NCBI RefSeq assembly: GCF_006345805.1 | Contig: NC_042997.1 | Coordinates: 119,164,001-119,228,000 of the forward strand | Direction of reading: 5' to 3' | Length of the DNA stretch: 64,000 nt | DNA from: Octopus sinensis | Lineage: Eukaryota | Shown here: piece by piece, positions 24,782-38,329 of the stretch | How the letters are laid out: each line of letters starts with the position of its first letter | Position numbering within the stretch: the first letter of the stretch is position 1 | Position numbers and translations under genes: made by a program | The notes under the pieces: generated by a model | Seen by the model: the letters and a program-made list of their open reading frames with translations, nothing else | What the model was told of the DNA's origin: nothing | The model's database searches: none

Positions 24782-26698
24782 GGGTAGCAGAGAGGGAGGA
24801 AGTGATGGACCGCGATAGCAAGAGAATGAAGTGAATGGTTAATCTAATATCAAAATACGGATGGTACTTTGCATACGTAATTAGATCTGCAGCAAAACAA
24901 CTCTATACTAAAAAAAAAGTGGTAGTGATTTGAAGACTCAGCATACTTCTCGGCAAATATGCATTGATCTTAATAATGATTACAGAAAATTTAGAGGAAG
25001 GAATGTCAAAGTTTCTGTCTTGATTGTTTCCTGACTCAATCGCAACTACTGTTATCTATTGCGTTTCGTCATTGAAGTGAACATTTCTGATAAAAATGTC
25101 CAGCATATTCAGAATACTTCTTATAACAAGAATCACCAGATTTTCCTGGATTTGATAAGCATGTTACGATTGAAGTCTCCAGTTAGAATAGTGGTTATTT
25201 GGATTCGGACATTATCCTTATTTAGCACGATTGTATTGTTACGGTTTAGACAAAGGAGTCAGAAAATAACAACAAAGCCTGCAGAATACGATTTTGTATT
25301 GAGGAAGAAATGTCAAAACTCTCATGAAAGACAGCGCGGAGCTGTTATAATATATTTCAGTCCACGGCAGAAAGCCGTCACGAAATATTAGAGTTCAAAG
25401 CGCAGAGCTGTTACAGGTATATGCTCTGAGTTATTCTTGACTGATTATAAATCCAATGTTAGTGATCGAAGTCTTCAGTTGGTGTTTATTCACAATTCTC
25501 AATATGCCAGTCAAAACAAAAGGGAGGTCACTCTTGTGTTGTTGTTTACTGTTCTGGTCGATTGCATCATTCATTAAGTCAAAGAGAAGGATAGAGTAAC
25601 AGCGAATAGAAGAGGACGACAGAATGAGGCCATCATTCTGGACACTTGTCATTCTAATGCGAACTAGTGAAAGTTACAAGCATCATAACCGTCTCTGGTC
25701 ACCTCTCTTCGCCAACTCCTTTCACCAAGTAACTTGTCCTTGCGGAATTTTTAGTATTTATAATTATCGCATATCAGCGAGAAAGGTATATCTCCAAGAA
25801 TAATGTGAGAAACTTTGTTGTGGGTGATTCTTATTTATTTTCTGCTTTTGGTGGCATAGAACAGGTGAAAAAGATTAAGTGGAAAAGACATAAATCGACT
25901 TGGCAAGGACATGTGTTCTATGTAACTGGTGTCAAGCATTGTCTCTCCGTTAGAAAGTGCCGCTGTAACTTAAAGGGGAATTCCAGAGATTCAGGTTCGC
26001 ATCAACATGCCCAAACGTAATCCACTATTCTTTCTTCCCAAGGAAACACACACGTAATAGTATTCATTGACAATCATATTCATACAGGGAATAAGAACAC
26101 CCAAGACCAGTGGTACCTTACATTCCGAGATGCAAACAGCTGCTAGGAATCCAGTATGAAAACATTAAATGTGACTTCTATTGATGATTATACGTCAGCG
26201 TCTATATTCCCTCACATAATATTTCTAATCACACATCTCAAGGTAGCACGAAGAGACTTCATAAATGCCAGCGCGGGCGTAATCACAACTGACTAAACAT
26301 TATCATTGATATCTATTGATTTTAAGCATCACGATCCATACTAGCCCCTGACAGCAACGCAGGCAGTTAGGATAAACAGAAGTATCGGTAAGATAATCTA
26401 TAATTACAAGGAGGATTTACATGCTAGATTGCATATGTATTTTAACACGTTATATTCCATGGCTACCAAAAGGTTTGCAAATAGGGGAAGAAGTAGCATA
26501 ATATCTTTCACAGAATAGAGATTACTATATATTCATTGGTAGGTGAAACATCACTTTGTGCTATCAAAAAGCTATAACTATAAACGTCAGAAAATTAAGA
26601 AAAATATGACGCATAAGTTTCGTATTTAATGAGCATTCACTAAACGTGTTTGCGGATCATTGTAAATACAATTTGATTGTTGCAGAATATCATAAATC

Positions 26699-27400
26699 TT
26701 TAAATCCTTTAAAATGTTTCAGCCCGAAAGCTGCGGCCATGCTGGGGCGCCACCGTTGACTGTGCTACACTAGTATGTGAAACCACCTCTGATACGTGGC
26801 ACTTGGTCAACAAAGGAGTTCGACGCCGCTCCCCGCATCTCTGTTTCCTGCCGAGAGGTAGGTTCATCTGGAACCCCTGAATAGAAGAGATCGAGTTTAG
26901 TTTTAAAGAAACCCGCATCCACACCATGCAGGTCTCTCAGGCATTTAGGAAGGATATTGAAAAGCTCTGGTCCCCTGAAATCCAAGCTGTTGCAGTATCA
27001 GGTCCTGTATTTTGATGGTGATGTTGGGATCTTTGGCACTATGCAGTGGCGCCACGTTCTGCTGTTGGGGTAACTTTCAATTCCAAAATTCGGGACAAGG
27101 TCCTCCAGGGTTTTCCGGATGTATATCACTGCATATCTCTCTCGCCTTCGCTCCAGGGAGAAGAGTTTTAATACTTTCAGTCTTTCCCAGTAGCTGATAT
27201 GTTGCATTGAGAAGATCTTCTTAGTGTAGCTTCATTGGATTGCTTCGAGTTCTGCTGTTAACTTTATATTGTGTGGTGACCATAGTTAGGAGTAGTAGTT
27301 CAAGAGACTGCGGACGAATGTCTTCCAAAATACCATAAGTGTCTCCTTCACCGTTGTTCTGAAAGTTCGGAGGATCCATCGAGCTAGCCGTCTGCATAAG
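26699..27400 (-). mobile_element. 3' part of a CR1/L2-group LINE (RT C-terminus and 3' tail)
   Basis: WILRTF..FVRSLLNY..WSPH..LEAIQ, SYWERLKVLKLFSLERRRER and FRGPELFNILP..LRDL..FKTKLD; tail GGTGGCGCCCCAGCATGGCCGCAGCTTTCGGGCTGAAAC. Confidence 0.85.
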
Positions 27401-27667
27401 TATATTATTGTTTAAAACAGTTAATTAGTGTAACATTGAGAAAAACAAGCAATGCCATCCATGTACATGACAACAAGCGCACATAAATAAGTACATATAT
27501 GCACACACGCACACACACACACAACACACACGCACACACATATATATTACTTACAAAGACACATGATACAAGATACATATACAGATCCATGTATATGCAT
27601 GTTGTCTGTGTATATTTATATACATATTTCCATACATATATATCCATATATATATATATAATATATA

Positions 27668-27700
<33 letters not shown>

Positions 27701-27721
27701 GATATATATATATATATATAT

Positions 27722-27860
27722 ATTAATTTATTATATAGAAGGAGCTTCTACAGACTAGAACTGCTTCATTCAAGAGAAATCTTCAGGAAGCTTCCTGAAG
27801 ATTTCTCTTGAATGAAGCAGTTCTAGTCCTGTAGAAGCTCCTTCTATATAATAAATTAAT
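27722..27860. repeat. Near-perfect 139-bp palindrome carrying back-to-back hammerhead-like motifs
   Basis: Centre AAG|CTT at 27790/27791; arms differ by one base; plus motif AGCTTC-CTGAAGA-T-TTC-TCTT-GAA-T-GAAG-CAG..CTG-T-A-GAAGCT. Confidence 0.8.
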
Positions 27861-27922
27861 TTCACTCTGCTATGTATTGAGTACCTTATTTACTGTGGTT
27901 AACCCCGAATCAACCCGGGACC

Positions 27923-27961
<39 letters not shown>

Positions 27962-27970
27962 TAGCAAAAA

Positions 27971-28008
27971 CTGTCCAATGAACGGCAACGGGAAACTCAG
28001 AGTAACAG
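27971..28008 (+). ncRNA. Decayed hammerhead motif (PLE pLTR relic)
   Basis: CTGT-CCAATGA-ACGGCAACGG-GAAAC-TCAGA-GTA-ACAG: stems I and III intact, core mutated. Confidence 0.4.
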
Positions 28009-28110
28009 GTTTTGTTGAATTTTCTGCTGCTTTAAATAAAGCATATTACTCTACCACTGGTATTTGAGTACTCTTTTTTCCACCTTGTTTCACATTTATG
28101 TGTTTACTCC

Positions 28111-28176
<66 letters not shown>

Positions 28177-28555
28177 AATATATATATATATATTGGGGTA
28201 AAATATGAAAAATCAACGAAAATGCATAATGCAAATAGAAAAAGCTATTTATGACAGGTAACGACAAATATATACATTTAGATTCACTGAGGTAGTAATA
28301 CGAGTCTTAAAAGTCATTATTATGAGATGATTATAAGATGATAATAAAGTAAGAGAGCAGAACGAACCAATGCTTTACGCAAAACTATTCATCGTTTGCA
28401 CAACACCGGTTAATACACGGTGTCAGGTCTAATAGTTCCTGAGAAAAAGATTATTTGTAAGGGAGGTAAGTAGTTCTGGATTATTTGGAAGGGAGGTAAT
28501 TAGTTCTGGATTTAGAGATGTGAGTGTATAGGGTTTAGTGGTTTCAATTGAAGAG

Positions 28556-29330
28556 TTAGTGGTGTTCTGTATTGAGTTGTGTGTTCATATTTAGTTGGAG
28601 GAGAAATTTATTGATGAAAAATGCCTCTTTATTCAACCTTTGTTGCATTGTGGTGTTCTGTGAACATTGGTAAAAGAGACATATTTGGAAATTGGGATTA
28701 AGTTTCCTGGCACATCTTTCTATGTGTTCACTCACCTTTAACTGTCTGTATTGCGGGTGACGGATTTTCTCTTTGTGAATGGTGTTTCTTTGACGGAGCG
28801 AAATTCCTGTTTGTCCAATATAGAGTTTACGACATCCAATGCATGTCATTACATAGATTACATTTGCTGAGGCGCAGGTGAAATTTGATTTGATCTTAAA
28901 TATTTCTCCTTGTTTGAATTGGAATTCTGAACCCTCCAGAAGGTGGGGCATGTTCCATAGTTAGAACGTCTACGTTTTGTCACTTTTGACTCAGTTGTTA
29001 GTGGGTAAAGTCTAGCGCTGGTTAAAATTTTTCCAGTGACTTCGGTTGCTTTTTGCTTTTTATAATTTTAAATGAGCTTAAAATTTCGTTCATTGTTTTG
29101 TCTGCTGTGAGGATGGGAAGGTTTTGGGTGATGGTGTTGAAGGCTTCGTTGTTTCTGGGGTTATGTGTGGAGATGTACGGGAGTATTTTTAAGTCTTGTT
29201 TAGTATTTCGGCTAGTTTTCCTTAACCTTTGTATATCTATTTCCTTAGCTCTTTTGATGCCTTTTGATGAGATTGGGTAATGTGTTTTAGTTAGTGTAGA
29301 TCTAAGTTCAAGAACTCTATGTTCTCGAGT
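28556..29330 (-). mobile_element. Penelope-like element 3' fragment with GIY-YIG endonuclease
   Basis: LPYISTHNPRN linker, then FTCASANVIYVMTCIGCRKLYIGQTG..LRQR..H and RLNKEAFFINKF in ORFs 29022..29429 and 28556..28951. Confidence 0.9.
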
Positions 29331-29759
29331 GTATATATATATATAACATTGTATCACTGTATTCACCATGCTATCGGACGCTGTTATACATCGCTGTTCA
29401 CAATACACTTTTTGGACTTTTAGTAACATTTAGATTTTGATTAATATTACTCTGCTAACGAGAAGGGTAGCGTAACATATCCGCTGAAAGAGAAGCCAAT
29501 GTGATGCAGGTTTCCCCATTTATAGCAGAGTGACAAGGAACAACATAGAATGAATTATTTTGTTCAAGAAAAACAACGCCCTGCCAGGCTTGGAATTGGA
29601 GGTAGGAATTCACGACCGTACCTGCAATACCCTACGCACTTTCACATACACACACACACACAGACACATACACACGGACGCACACACGCGCACACAGAGT
29701 ATCGCACACACTCACACACACACACACATACATTTAGATATATATATAGGGAATGGATA

Positions 29760-29842
<83 letters not shown>

Positions 29843-30159
29843 AGATGGAAAAGGAGAGAGAGAGAGTGTGAGATGGAATGACACATATGAAATAATCTTC
29901 AATGTAAATAGGGGCTTACAAGAAAACATAAACAGAATCTAAAGATCTACCAAAGATTTGTGTAAAATAAAATAATATTTACCGGTTATTTCAGCTGTTA
30001 TGCCAGTTATTCCGTCTTCAAGTTTTTCTTTCTCATTGCTTATCAAAGGCAAAACACGGAGAGTTAGGAATGGATTTCTGTGTTTGAGGTTGATAAGGGA
30101 TGGGAAGAATGCCTGTAAGAGAAATCGATAATAGAAATAATCGGGCTATATCATATACA

Positions 30160-30192
<33 letters not shown>

Positions 30193-30487
30193 GCCACATA
30201 GTGTATGTGCGTCTTTGTGTGTCTTAGTGTGTGAGTGTATGTTTTGTATATGCTTTTCATGTTATCAGACATATTTCGTAATGCCTACATATATATGTTC
30301 GATTACTTGCGGTATTGCGTTGCGCGAACAATCTATGTTTTTTGTCATTATTATTGGTAAACCAACATCTATTTGTGAAAGATTATTATGTTTATTTCGT
30401 TCACAAACACTGTATTCCGTTATTAATCCCATCGAACTAACCAAGGCTTCCGAAAATTTTGTTCATTTCATATAAATAAATAAATAA

Positions 30488-30535
<48 letters not shown>

Positions 30536-30567
30536 GGTAGATAGATAGATATATATAGATATATATT

Positions 30568-30599
<32 letters not shown>

Positions 30600-30600
30600 T

Positions 30601-30633
<33 letters not shown>

Positions 30634-30667
30634 CAAAAAACATACGTACGTACGTGTGTGTATGCAT

Positions 30668-30900
30668 TGTTCGGTGGTTAGAACGTCGGACTCATGAGAT
30701 AGTTAGTTCGATTCACAGATCAGGCTGTGTGTTGTGTCCTTAAGCAAGACACTTTATTTCACGTTGCTCCAGTTCACTCAGCTGTAGAAATGAGTTGCGA
30801 CATCACTGGTGTCTAACTGAATCAGGCTTTCACTTTCCCTCGGAGGGTAACTTTCTAGATGCAATCCCATGATCATATGATTGAAGGGGTGGAATTTAAC
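30668..30900 (+). mobile_element. tRNA-derived SINE (family C)
   Basis: ggtggttagaacg A-box, agttcgattc B-box, gtgtccttaagcaagacact..ctccagttcactcagctgtagaaatgagt body. Confidence 0.6.
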
Positions 30901-30914
30901 CTTTCCCCATATAG

Positions 30915-30946
<32 letters not shown>

Positions 30947-32115
30947 ACATTCACACAAACAAAGATACGTGTACTGAGATATGTATACATACCTAGATAT
31001 ATATATATGTATATATCATTTCAAAACATTATTCTGTTTGATTTCATCATTACAAAACACATACACAAACTCACACACAAACGCACACTCAAATACACAC
31101 ACATCACCATACATATTTGGGCCGTACGTACATAAGCATGTATCAATGTATGTACATAAGTATGTTTCAATGAGTGCGTGTTTTTGTGCTTGCATTTGTC
31201 TCCTATCGCATTTTTCGTTTGTTCACATCACAGTGACGGCGTTTCTTCAAAAGATATGGTTAGCATAAGTCCAAGGCTTATAAAAGTAAGTTCTGTTTAC
31301 TAGTCTTTTAACTAAACCTCTTTTAGGCGACGCTCCAGCATGGCCGCAGCGTAACCACTTGAACAAATAAAAGATCTGTTTACAGAAAACCAAATATTAA
31401 ACTAATATTATAAACATCGCAAAGAAGAATCTTTCTTTAGTCGATTTAGCGAGGTTAAATATATTGAGATGACAGAAAGTTAGTTAATCCTCAAACTGTC
31501 AATCAACAATAATCTTCTTATAATAATTCTAACATACAATGCAGCTTTTGTATAGTAATCTCAAGATATAGCAAGAGATGAATTAATTTATTCTACTGCC
31601 ATCTCTATTGAATAATATGTACACTGATCCAGTGATACTGACGTGTATAAAATCTAGAAGAGGATTTCTTGTATTTATAAGAATTTCTAACATTAGAATT
31701 AGGTTATATAGATTGTGATAGAAACAGTCGATAGATTTGCTAAGCTTTCGATGATTAATTAAACAGACATTGAGATTTGAACATAGAACGTAAACAAAGT
31801 GTATGTAAATGAGGTAGAATCATCTGTCCAATGCTCCGCTTATAAAACAAAATGAACTTCTTTGTTTTACGTACTTATAACGATTTCTTATATAGGTATA
31901 AAACCAGATAGTTGATGCTGATGTGTCTGTTGATAAATTTGATTCTGTTTTTTTTTTTTGAGGGAGAATGAAATGAAAAGGTAACTGCGACATGGCTGTG
32001 CGGTTAACAAGCTCGTTTTGCATCTACATGATTTCTGATCAGTCATACTGCACGGCACCTTGGGCAAGTGTCTTCTGCTATAGTCTCGGGCCAACTAATA
32101 CCTTATAAATGAAAA

Positions 32116-32346
32116 GGCGGCGAGCTGGCAGAAACGTTAGCACACCGGGCGAGATGCTTAGCGGTATTTCGTCTGCCGTTACGTTTTGAGTTCAAATTCC
32201 GCCGAGGTCGACTTTGCCTTTCAAACTTTCGGGGTCGATAAATTAAGTACCAGTTACGCACTGGGGTCGATGTAATCGACTTAATCCCCATGTCTGTACT
32301 TGTTTGTTCCCTCTATGTTTAACCCCTTGTGGGCAATAAAGAAATA
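32116..32346 (+). mobile_element. SINE family A, full length
   Basis: Near-identical to 22943-23172. Confidence 0.88.
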
Positions 32347-32602
32347 CTTCAAAAATGAATTTAATTGGAGAAAATGTACGGAAGCCAAATATATGTGTGT
32401 GTGTGTATGTGTGCGCGTGTTTGTGTGTGTATGTGTGAACGTGGCTTGGTGCCTGTGTTTGTCTTACAGCCTCCACTTAACTTCGTTACCTCGATTTGTT
32501 TGCGTCCACTTTGCGTAGTAAAAGAGACCGATTGAATAAGAACCAGATTAGTAACATTGATGTTTAGATTGGACCGAAACCCTTTAGGGTAAAGCATAAT
32601 TA

Positions 32603-32854
32603 CAGTTCTATGTTTAATACATTATTTACATTTGACAGATATTTGTCCTCGTCTTGTTTGTTGTTACCACAACGTTTCGGCTGATATACCCTCCAGCCTT
32701 CATCAGGTGTCTTGGGAAATTTCGAACCTGATGAAGGCTGGTGGTATATCAGCCAAAAAGTTGTGTCAACAACAAACAAGATGAGACAAATATCCGTCAA
32801 ATGTAAATAATGTACATAATGTACATAATTCCTCATTTCTTAAATATAGAACTG
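32603..32854. mobile_element. Inverted pair of PLE pLTR fragments with a minimal hammerhead (minus 32668-32711; decayed plus copy 32727-32767)
   Basis: Minus: GACAC-CTGATGA-A-GGCTG..CAGCC-GAAAC-GTT-GTG; arms of about 105 and 128 bp end in cagttctat / atagaactg. Confidence 0.75.
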
Positions 32855-34519
32855 CCTATGTCTAATACTACTAAAAGATAAAAGATAAGGTGTAGAACAA
32901 ATAAAGGCATTCTATTCAAGTTTAAATATTTATCAAACATATACCCAATTATCTACAATTGAATTAAAATTGCATACACGTACTTGGTTACAGGTAAATA
33001 ATAAATGACAGCAGCAATATATATTTTCTGAAGATATACTAAAATATTTGACCAATTTCTACCTAATCGAAAAAGAGAAATCCCAAGGATAACGTCTTGG
33101 TCCGCAGTTAAACTCGGAACATAAAAGAATGTAAACTAACATGAAGTAAATTATTCCGGTATTCTACACATCTTCCTATCACCAACTCACCTTTTTCTCT
33201 TTAAGAGTATACTGATGAGAATATTGCACTGAACAAGTGTTACAGTTATGTTGATTTATGATTCTTTATGTGGTATGAAATAGGCTATCTTACTGATATC
33301 CATTCATGTCACGAATTCCCTAGAACCATTTTCTGATAATAGGTTTATCTTCAATCAACGTCATCCAAAACTATTTCATTTGATTCCTTATTGTTAAGGA
33401 GATATGCCATTTCCATTGCTAGTATTATATATAAATTTACGAAGTATATATTTCGTTTAAATTCTGTTGATGATTTTTCTGCTACAAATCCATTATAGTT
33501 TATGGGCATCTTAAATTTCTTTACTAAGCGAAGCACGATAATTCATTCAAATGGAGGACAATATAAACATTGAATTCTTAAAAATAATTGCATTGGTCCA
33601 CGAACATTAATTTGTATTCATCTAGAACAACATTAATATGAATAGTTGTTAATTCAACCTATGATCCTCACGGCTTTTGATTAACTCCAAATTCCATTTA
33701 TCATTCATTTTCATATAATTCTCGCTACATTAAGCTGAACGCTATCATGTAGGATATAATTTGATGGAATAATTTTTCTATGCTCTTGACACATCATATC
33801 ATTCGAGAATATTTCTTATCCATTGGGATTTCTTCCTATTTATTCCGTTTATCTTTCCTTATCTGTTTCTTCATATTTGAGTAGTTGTTCTTCAATACAG
33901 CTCTATTAGCTTTTTGAATGTCACTATGTATTGCTTTCATTTGTCTTTTTTGTTGAGTAATTGGAAAGATGGTTTTCATTTAAATAAAACAGTTTTTCAG
34001 GAACATCTCTTTCAATGCGAGTAGTTTTCCTTTTATCGCTATTCTTATTTTATTGAATGTGTCGAAACCTATCTGATTCAGCTGTTATTTGCGCAGCTGA
34101 GACCATTACCCATTGATTAAGAGCAGTTGGGAATAACGTCGTTTATTTAATAGAATTTTCAGACTTAGATCAGCTCGTTTACTAATATCTCCCATTAATA
34201 TATAGTGATGCATAGCTACTTATTTTAAAATGATTATCAGAATTGTACGTCCATGACATGAAATTAAACACACAACCTCTGATGGAAGCTTATAAAATTC
34301 TCAAACCTCTGAACCACATTTTGTGGTCATATTATCTATACACGACTGATCCATCTATCTGTCTGTCTGTTTATTTGTCTGTCTATCTATCTATCTATCT
34401 ATCTATGTTTATGTATGTACATATGTATGTATAATGACACACGTCGGCGCATGCATATTTGCATACACTTACACTAACATGTTTAGTGAATTCAGTTCAC
34501 TAACATGTGAATTGAGCTG

Positions 34520-35050
34520 GATTGGCCCAAAGTGATTAACTCCCAGTACATTCAGTCATCTTGTGGGCAAATCTACTATTCTCTTCTATTAGAATTTTCT
34601 GCATTTAAAGGCGAAAAATTATTCCAGGTGAATTTTTACATCCTCTTCAAAGAAGGACAGCAGCTTTCGAATCCCACCAAGTCGAAAGCACAACCATCAT
34701 TGGCAGAAACCCTGCCTCGGAGTTTGTGGTGGTTCACCGTACTTCCATCCTCATAGTTTGTACTTCACATTATTTTAGACGATCCACATTTTCCCCTCTG
34801 TTACCATTCTCTTCAGAAAAGATCTTTTCCCTTCATGTTACTGGGATCATTCCTGTATATAGTTTTCAACACGCGATCTGTAATGATCCTGGTCATACAA
34901 ACAGAGTTGGTGTTCACTGACCCATTCATTTTGTCGCTATTAATCTCAATCGGAAGGTTAGACAAATTTCCCGATCAAGGTCTTAAAATCCATTTACGGA
35001 ATATACGTTCCATCACAGCATCGTGTCTGTAGAGAATGCATATTTTCCTG
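34520..35050 (-). mobile_element. Highly degenerate mariner transposase fragment
   Basis: Minus-strand hand translation EWVSEHQL..RSFLKRMVTEGKMWIV.NNVK..GEPPQTP..VLSTWWDSK resembles WVPHEL / RIVTGDEKW / LCVWWD. Confidence 0.65.
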
Positions 35051-36929
35051 AAGATTCCTGCTGCTTTCTTACCTTTTAATAAAATAAATAAATAAAAAGC
35101 CCGAGATATCGATAATATGCAATTGGCCTCGCACTTTCAGGTCGTTCCCAAACACATAAAACCCAGCCTAAATCATCGCAAGTTCGCGTCGAACCATGAT
35201 GAAGAATTAAGTAGCTAACGGGTCCACGTACACTGGAGGAAGACTACTTATTAGAGTGCTTGAAATTTAATGTCAATAGAAAAAAATGAATGTTTGGGCA
35301 AACTTCATATTTTGTTATATGATTGTTTAAACTCAGGTCAGAACCAATCAATAATATCAATGATGAAAGTGTCAAGAAGCGTGACACTTCGGTGTTTTTA
35401 TCTTATGTATAGCCAACTATGTTAGACAATTTTTTCTTCCCTATTTTAACAAGTTAGGGTTTAATTGAATGGAGAGGGTGCTGTCATTTCTAGCGGATCG
35501 CGCGAGCACCTAGATGTCCCTGTGTTAATGTGTAGATCTATACGGATATGAATAGACTGTGATTTCTGACGAATGTCACTTCAATTTGCTTTGTTTTAAC
35601 ACGCAATATGTGCGTGACAAACATAAACAAAATATCGGACAGCCTTCAATGATATACGCTGTTATTAGCTAAACACCTTTCAGTGTTTACACAACAACTG
35701 ATGTGGCAAATCGAGAAAAGTAATACATTTATTAAATTCTTCTTGTTTCTCAAGGCAGATGAGACCATCAAATTTACACATATGTTATTGTCAATATTTA
35801 CGTTAATTTATTATTTATTCTTAAGTTTATAAAATATTTATGTTGAGAGCTATTTCACAAGATATATATAATCTTTCAAGTTTCTTTAGCAGCGGAGATT
35901 GCATAAGGATTAATGAGATCTCATGGGGAAAATATGATTAGGAACTAACTTGACAAGTTTAATTTGCAACTTCTAAAACATTACATAACATATTTTCACA
36001 ATATTTTTAAACACTCCCTTGAAGTCGACTTCATAATTTTGATTGAATTTTTCCGAGGTGGACGCAAACAGGTGAAGCGTTTCTTATTTTCTTTACTTTT
36101 CTATATTTTTAAATAGACACAGTCGCAGAATCGTTGCACCGAGGATAGTATGCTTTATGATATATGTTGCGGGTGCTCAATGTCATTGAGTGCAAATTCT
36201 GCCGAGATAAGCATAGTTAAGAGTGTCTCCTAAATTTCAAACCTTTCACTCGTTTTATAAACAATTGTTAGTGTTATTGTTGCTACGATCATCGTTATGG
36301 GAGCGGGTGTAGAACACCGAAATGATTTATTCGCGCTGGTTCTTGAACATAATTTTGTTCTGACCTCAAATCCCACCAAAGTCGATATTTCAGAGCCTGA
36401 AGTATATATAAAGCAATAAATGGTGCGCATGTGGAGAAATGATAGGAGAGGAAAAATTATACTAAGTCAGAATGCTTAATTGAAAGTAAATTATAATAAA
36501 AATGGGTGTATGGAGAATTTAAAAAATAATAAATCATAACGGTTTTCATCACAAAGCAAATTTTCAAGATTTGAAAGGGGAAAAGAATTTTTTTTTAAAT
36601 TGAGGAAGGGGAAAAAGAAATTTACAATGTTTTTTTTTCCAAAAAATAATAATAAACATATACAAAAATTAATACATAAGTATACCGATACATTGTAGAG
36701 TCTTTATGCTTTTAGCGTTCAATAATAGTCTTTGGAGGATTTCTTTAATCCGTGTGATTAAAAGTTGTGCTTAGTTTAAAGTATTTGGTAAAAGAGTGTC
36801 AAAACAGGAAATAGGGTAGGAGTTATCTAGTTCCTGTGAGTAAGGGGAGACCACTCTGTGGATTTTATGCTCTTCAATTGGGATGATGGACTTTTTGTCA
36901 AACAGGATGCTTATATCAATTTTTTGTCA

Positions 36930-37535
36930 CATAAGATGTTAGAAAAAGGATTATGGTCATCGTGTAGTTTGCATATTAAGATGCGTTTGGAATTTTTCAA
37001 TAAAAACATTCTACTTGTGGATTCTTTCTTTTGTAGTGATTCCGTCTTTACATTGGTAGAACGGGAATATGTGAAATTTAGAATGTTTGCCTCTAGCGCA
37101 CGAGTCTATGTGGCTCCTTAGTGGAATTTGACGGTATTCTGGGAGATTTATCTGTTCTTTATGGACCGCTACTCTTCTACGTGAAGGAAGTCTCATTTGT
37201 CCAACATAATTGTGTTGGCAACAGGCGCATGTGAGAACGTAGATGAGGTTCTCGGAGGAACAGGAGAAGTTGGTCTTGATTTTAAACTTTGTTCCTTGTT
37301 TGAAAGTAAATTCAGAGCCTTCAAGTAGGAAGGGGCAGGTACCACAGTTAGGGCGTGCACATCTTTTAACTGATAGGGTGGGTGTGGTGTGTGAAATTTG
37401 GCAACCCCAAAAGTATCGATGCATACACCACAATCACACAAAACCTCCCCTTACTGTCCACAGACCCAAAAGTGAAAAATATTATCAATTCACATAAAAT
37501 CCTCAAATGCAAAAGGCGACATAAATCTGTGAAAA
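36930..37535 (-). mobile_element. Penelope-like GIY-YIG endonuclease fragment
   Basis: ORF 37011..37433: CARPNCGTC..FSCSSENLIYVLTCACCQHNYVGQ; same family as 28556. Confidence 0.88.
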
Positions 37536-37544
37536 AACTCTTGA

Positions 37545-37990
37545 CAATGCCAGAGGTGTCGGGGGAGTTTGTGGTGAAAGTTGGCGTGCATCAGGGATCT
37601 GTGTTGTCACCGTCTTTTTTTTACAATAGTCGTGGATGTCGTGATGGAGAGTGTAAAAAGGGATTCATAATGGAGATACTATATGCGGATGACCTTGCTC
37701 TGATGAGTGCGACATTGGACGAATTGAGGGATAAGTTTCTGAAACGGAAGGAGGCTTTTGAAAGCAAAGGCTTTAAGGTAAACCTCGGGAAAACAATGAT
37801 GACAGTGAGCGGGATGGAAGGAGAATTGTTTGCGAGTAAGGTAGAGCCATGTGGCGTGTGTGGCAGAAGGCTAATGGCAAATGCAGTGTTCTGTACGAAA
37901 TGTGCGAAAGGGATTCATGGTAGAAGTAGGAAAATGAAGAATGTGACACCAAGCAAGACTGGCAAGAGATTTTATTTGTGGAAGATGGAT
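37545..37990 (+). mobile_element. RTE-like LINE reverse transcriptase fragment
   Basis: VKVGVHQGSVLSP..EILYADDLAL..KGFKVNLGKT..PCGVCGR..FCTKCAKGIH. Confidence 0.85.
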
Positions 37991-38010
37991 ATCATACAGA
38001 AATGCATATG

Positions 38011-38088
<78 letters not shown>

Positions 38089-38329
38089 CCAAAAATGAAG
38101 AAACACCTAAAAAACAACAACGCGATGAAGTGGTACATGTACTGTATTAGCAGATGCTCAGGAAAAGAAAGAAAGATGGTTTGACGTTTTGGGCAAATAT
38201 CTTCTACAGAAACAGAGGTAAGTCCAATAGAAAGGGAGACGGAGGAAGAAAATCGTCAATGATTCACATATGAAAAACAATTTCATTCTATGACAGGAGA
38301 GTGTAAGAGAAGGAGGTATGTGTGCTTAT

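Noticed and set aside
25000-26420. Possible decayed APE endonuclease (ILTGDFN on minus, RGAVIIY on plus, SVYIP)
   Set aside because: The motifs fall on conflicting strands and frames; too weak to call.
35565-35645. CTGACGA...GTGACAAAC hammerhead-like string
   Set aside because: GAAA is absent and there is no convincing stem III or cleavage triplet.
37382-38098. 238-aa ORF as a single gene
   Set aside because: Chance fusion of antisense PLE sequence, an RTE RT fragment and (TA)n.
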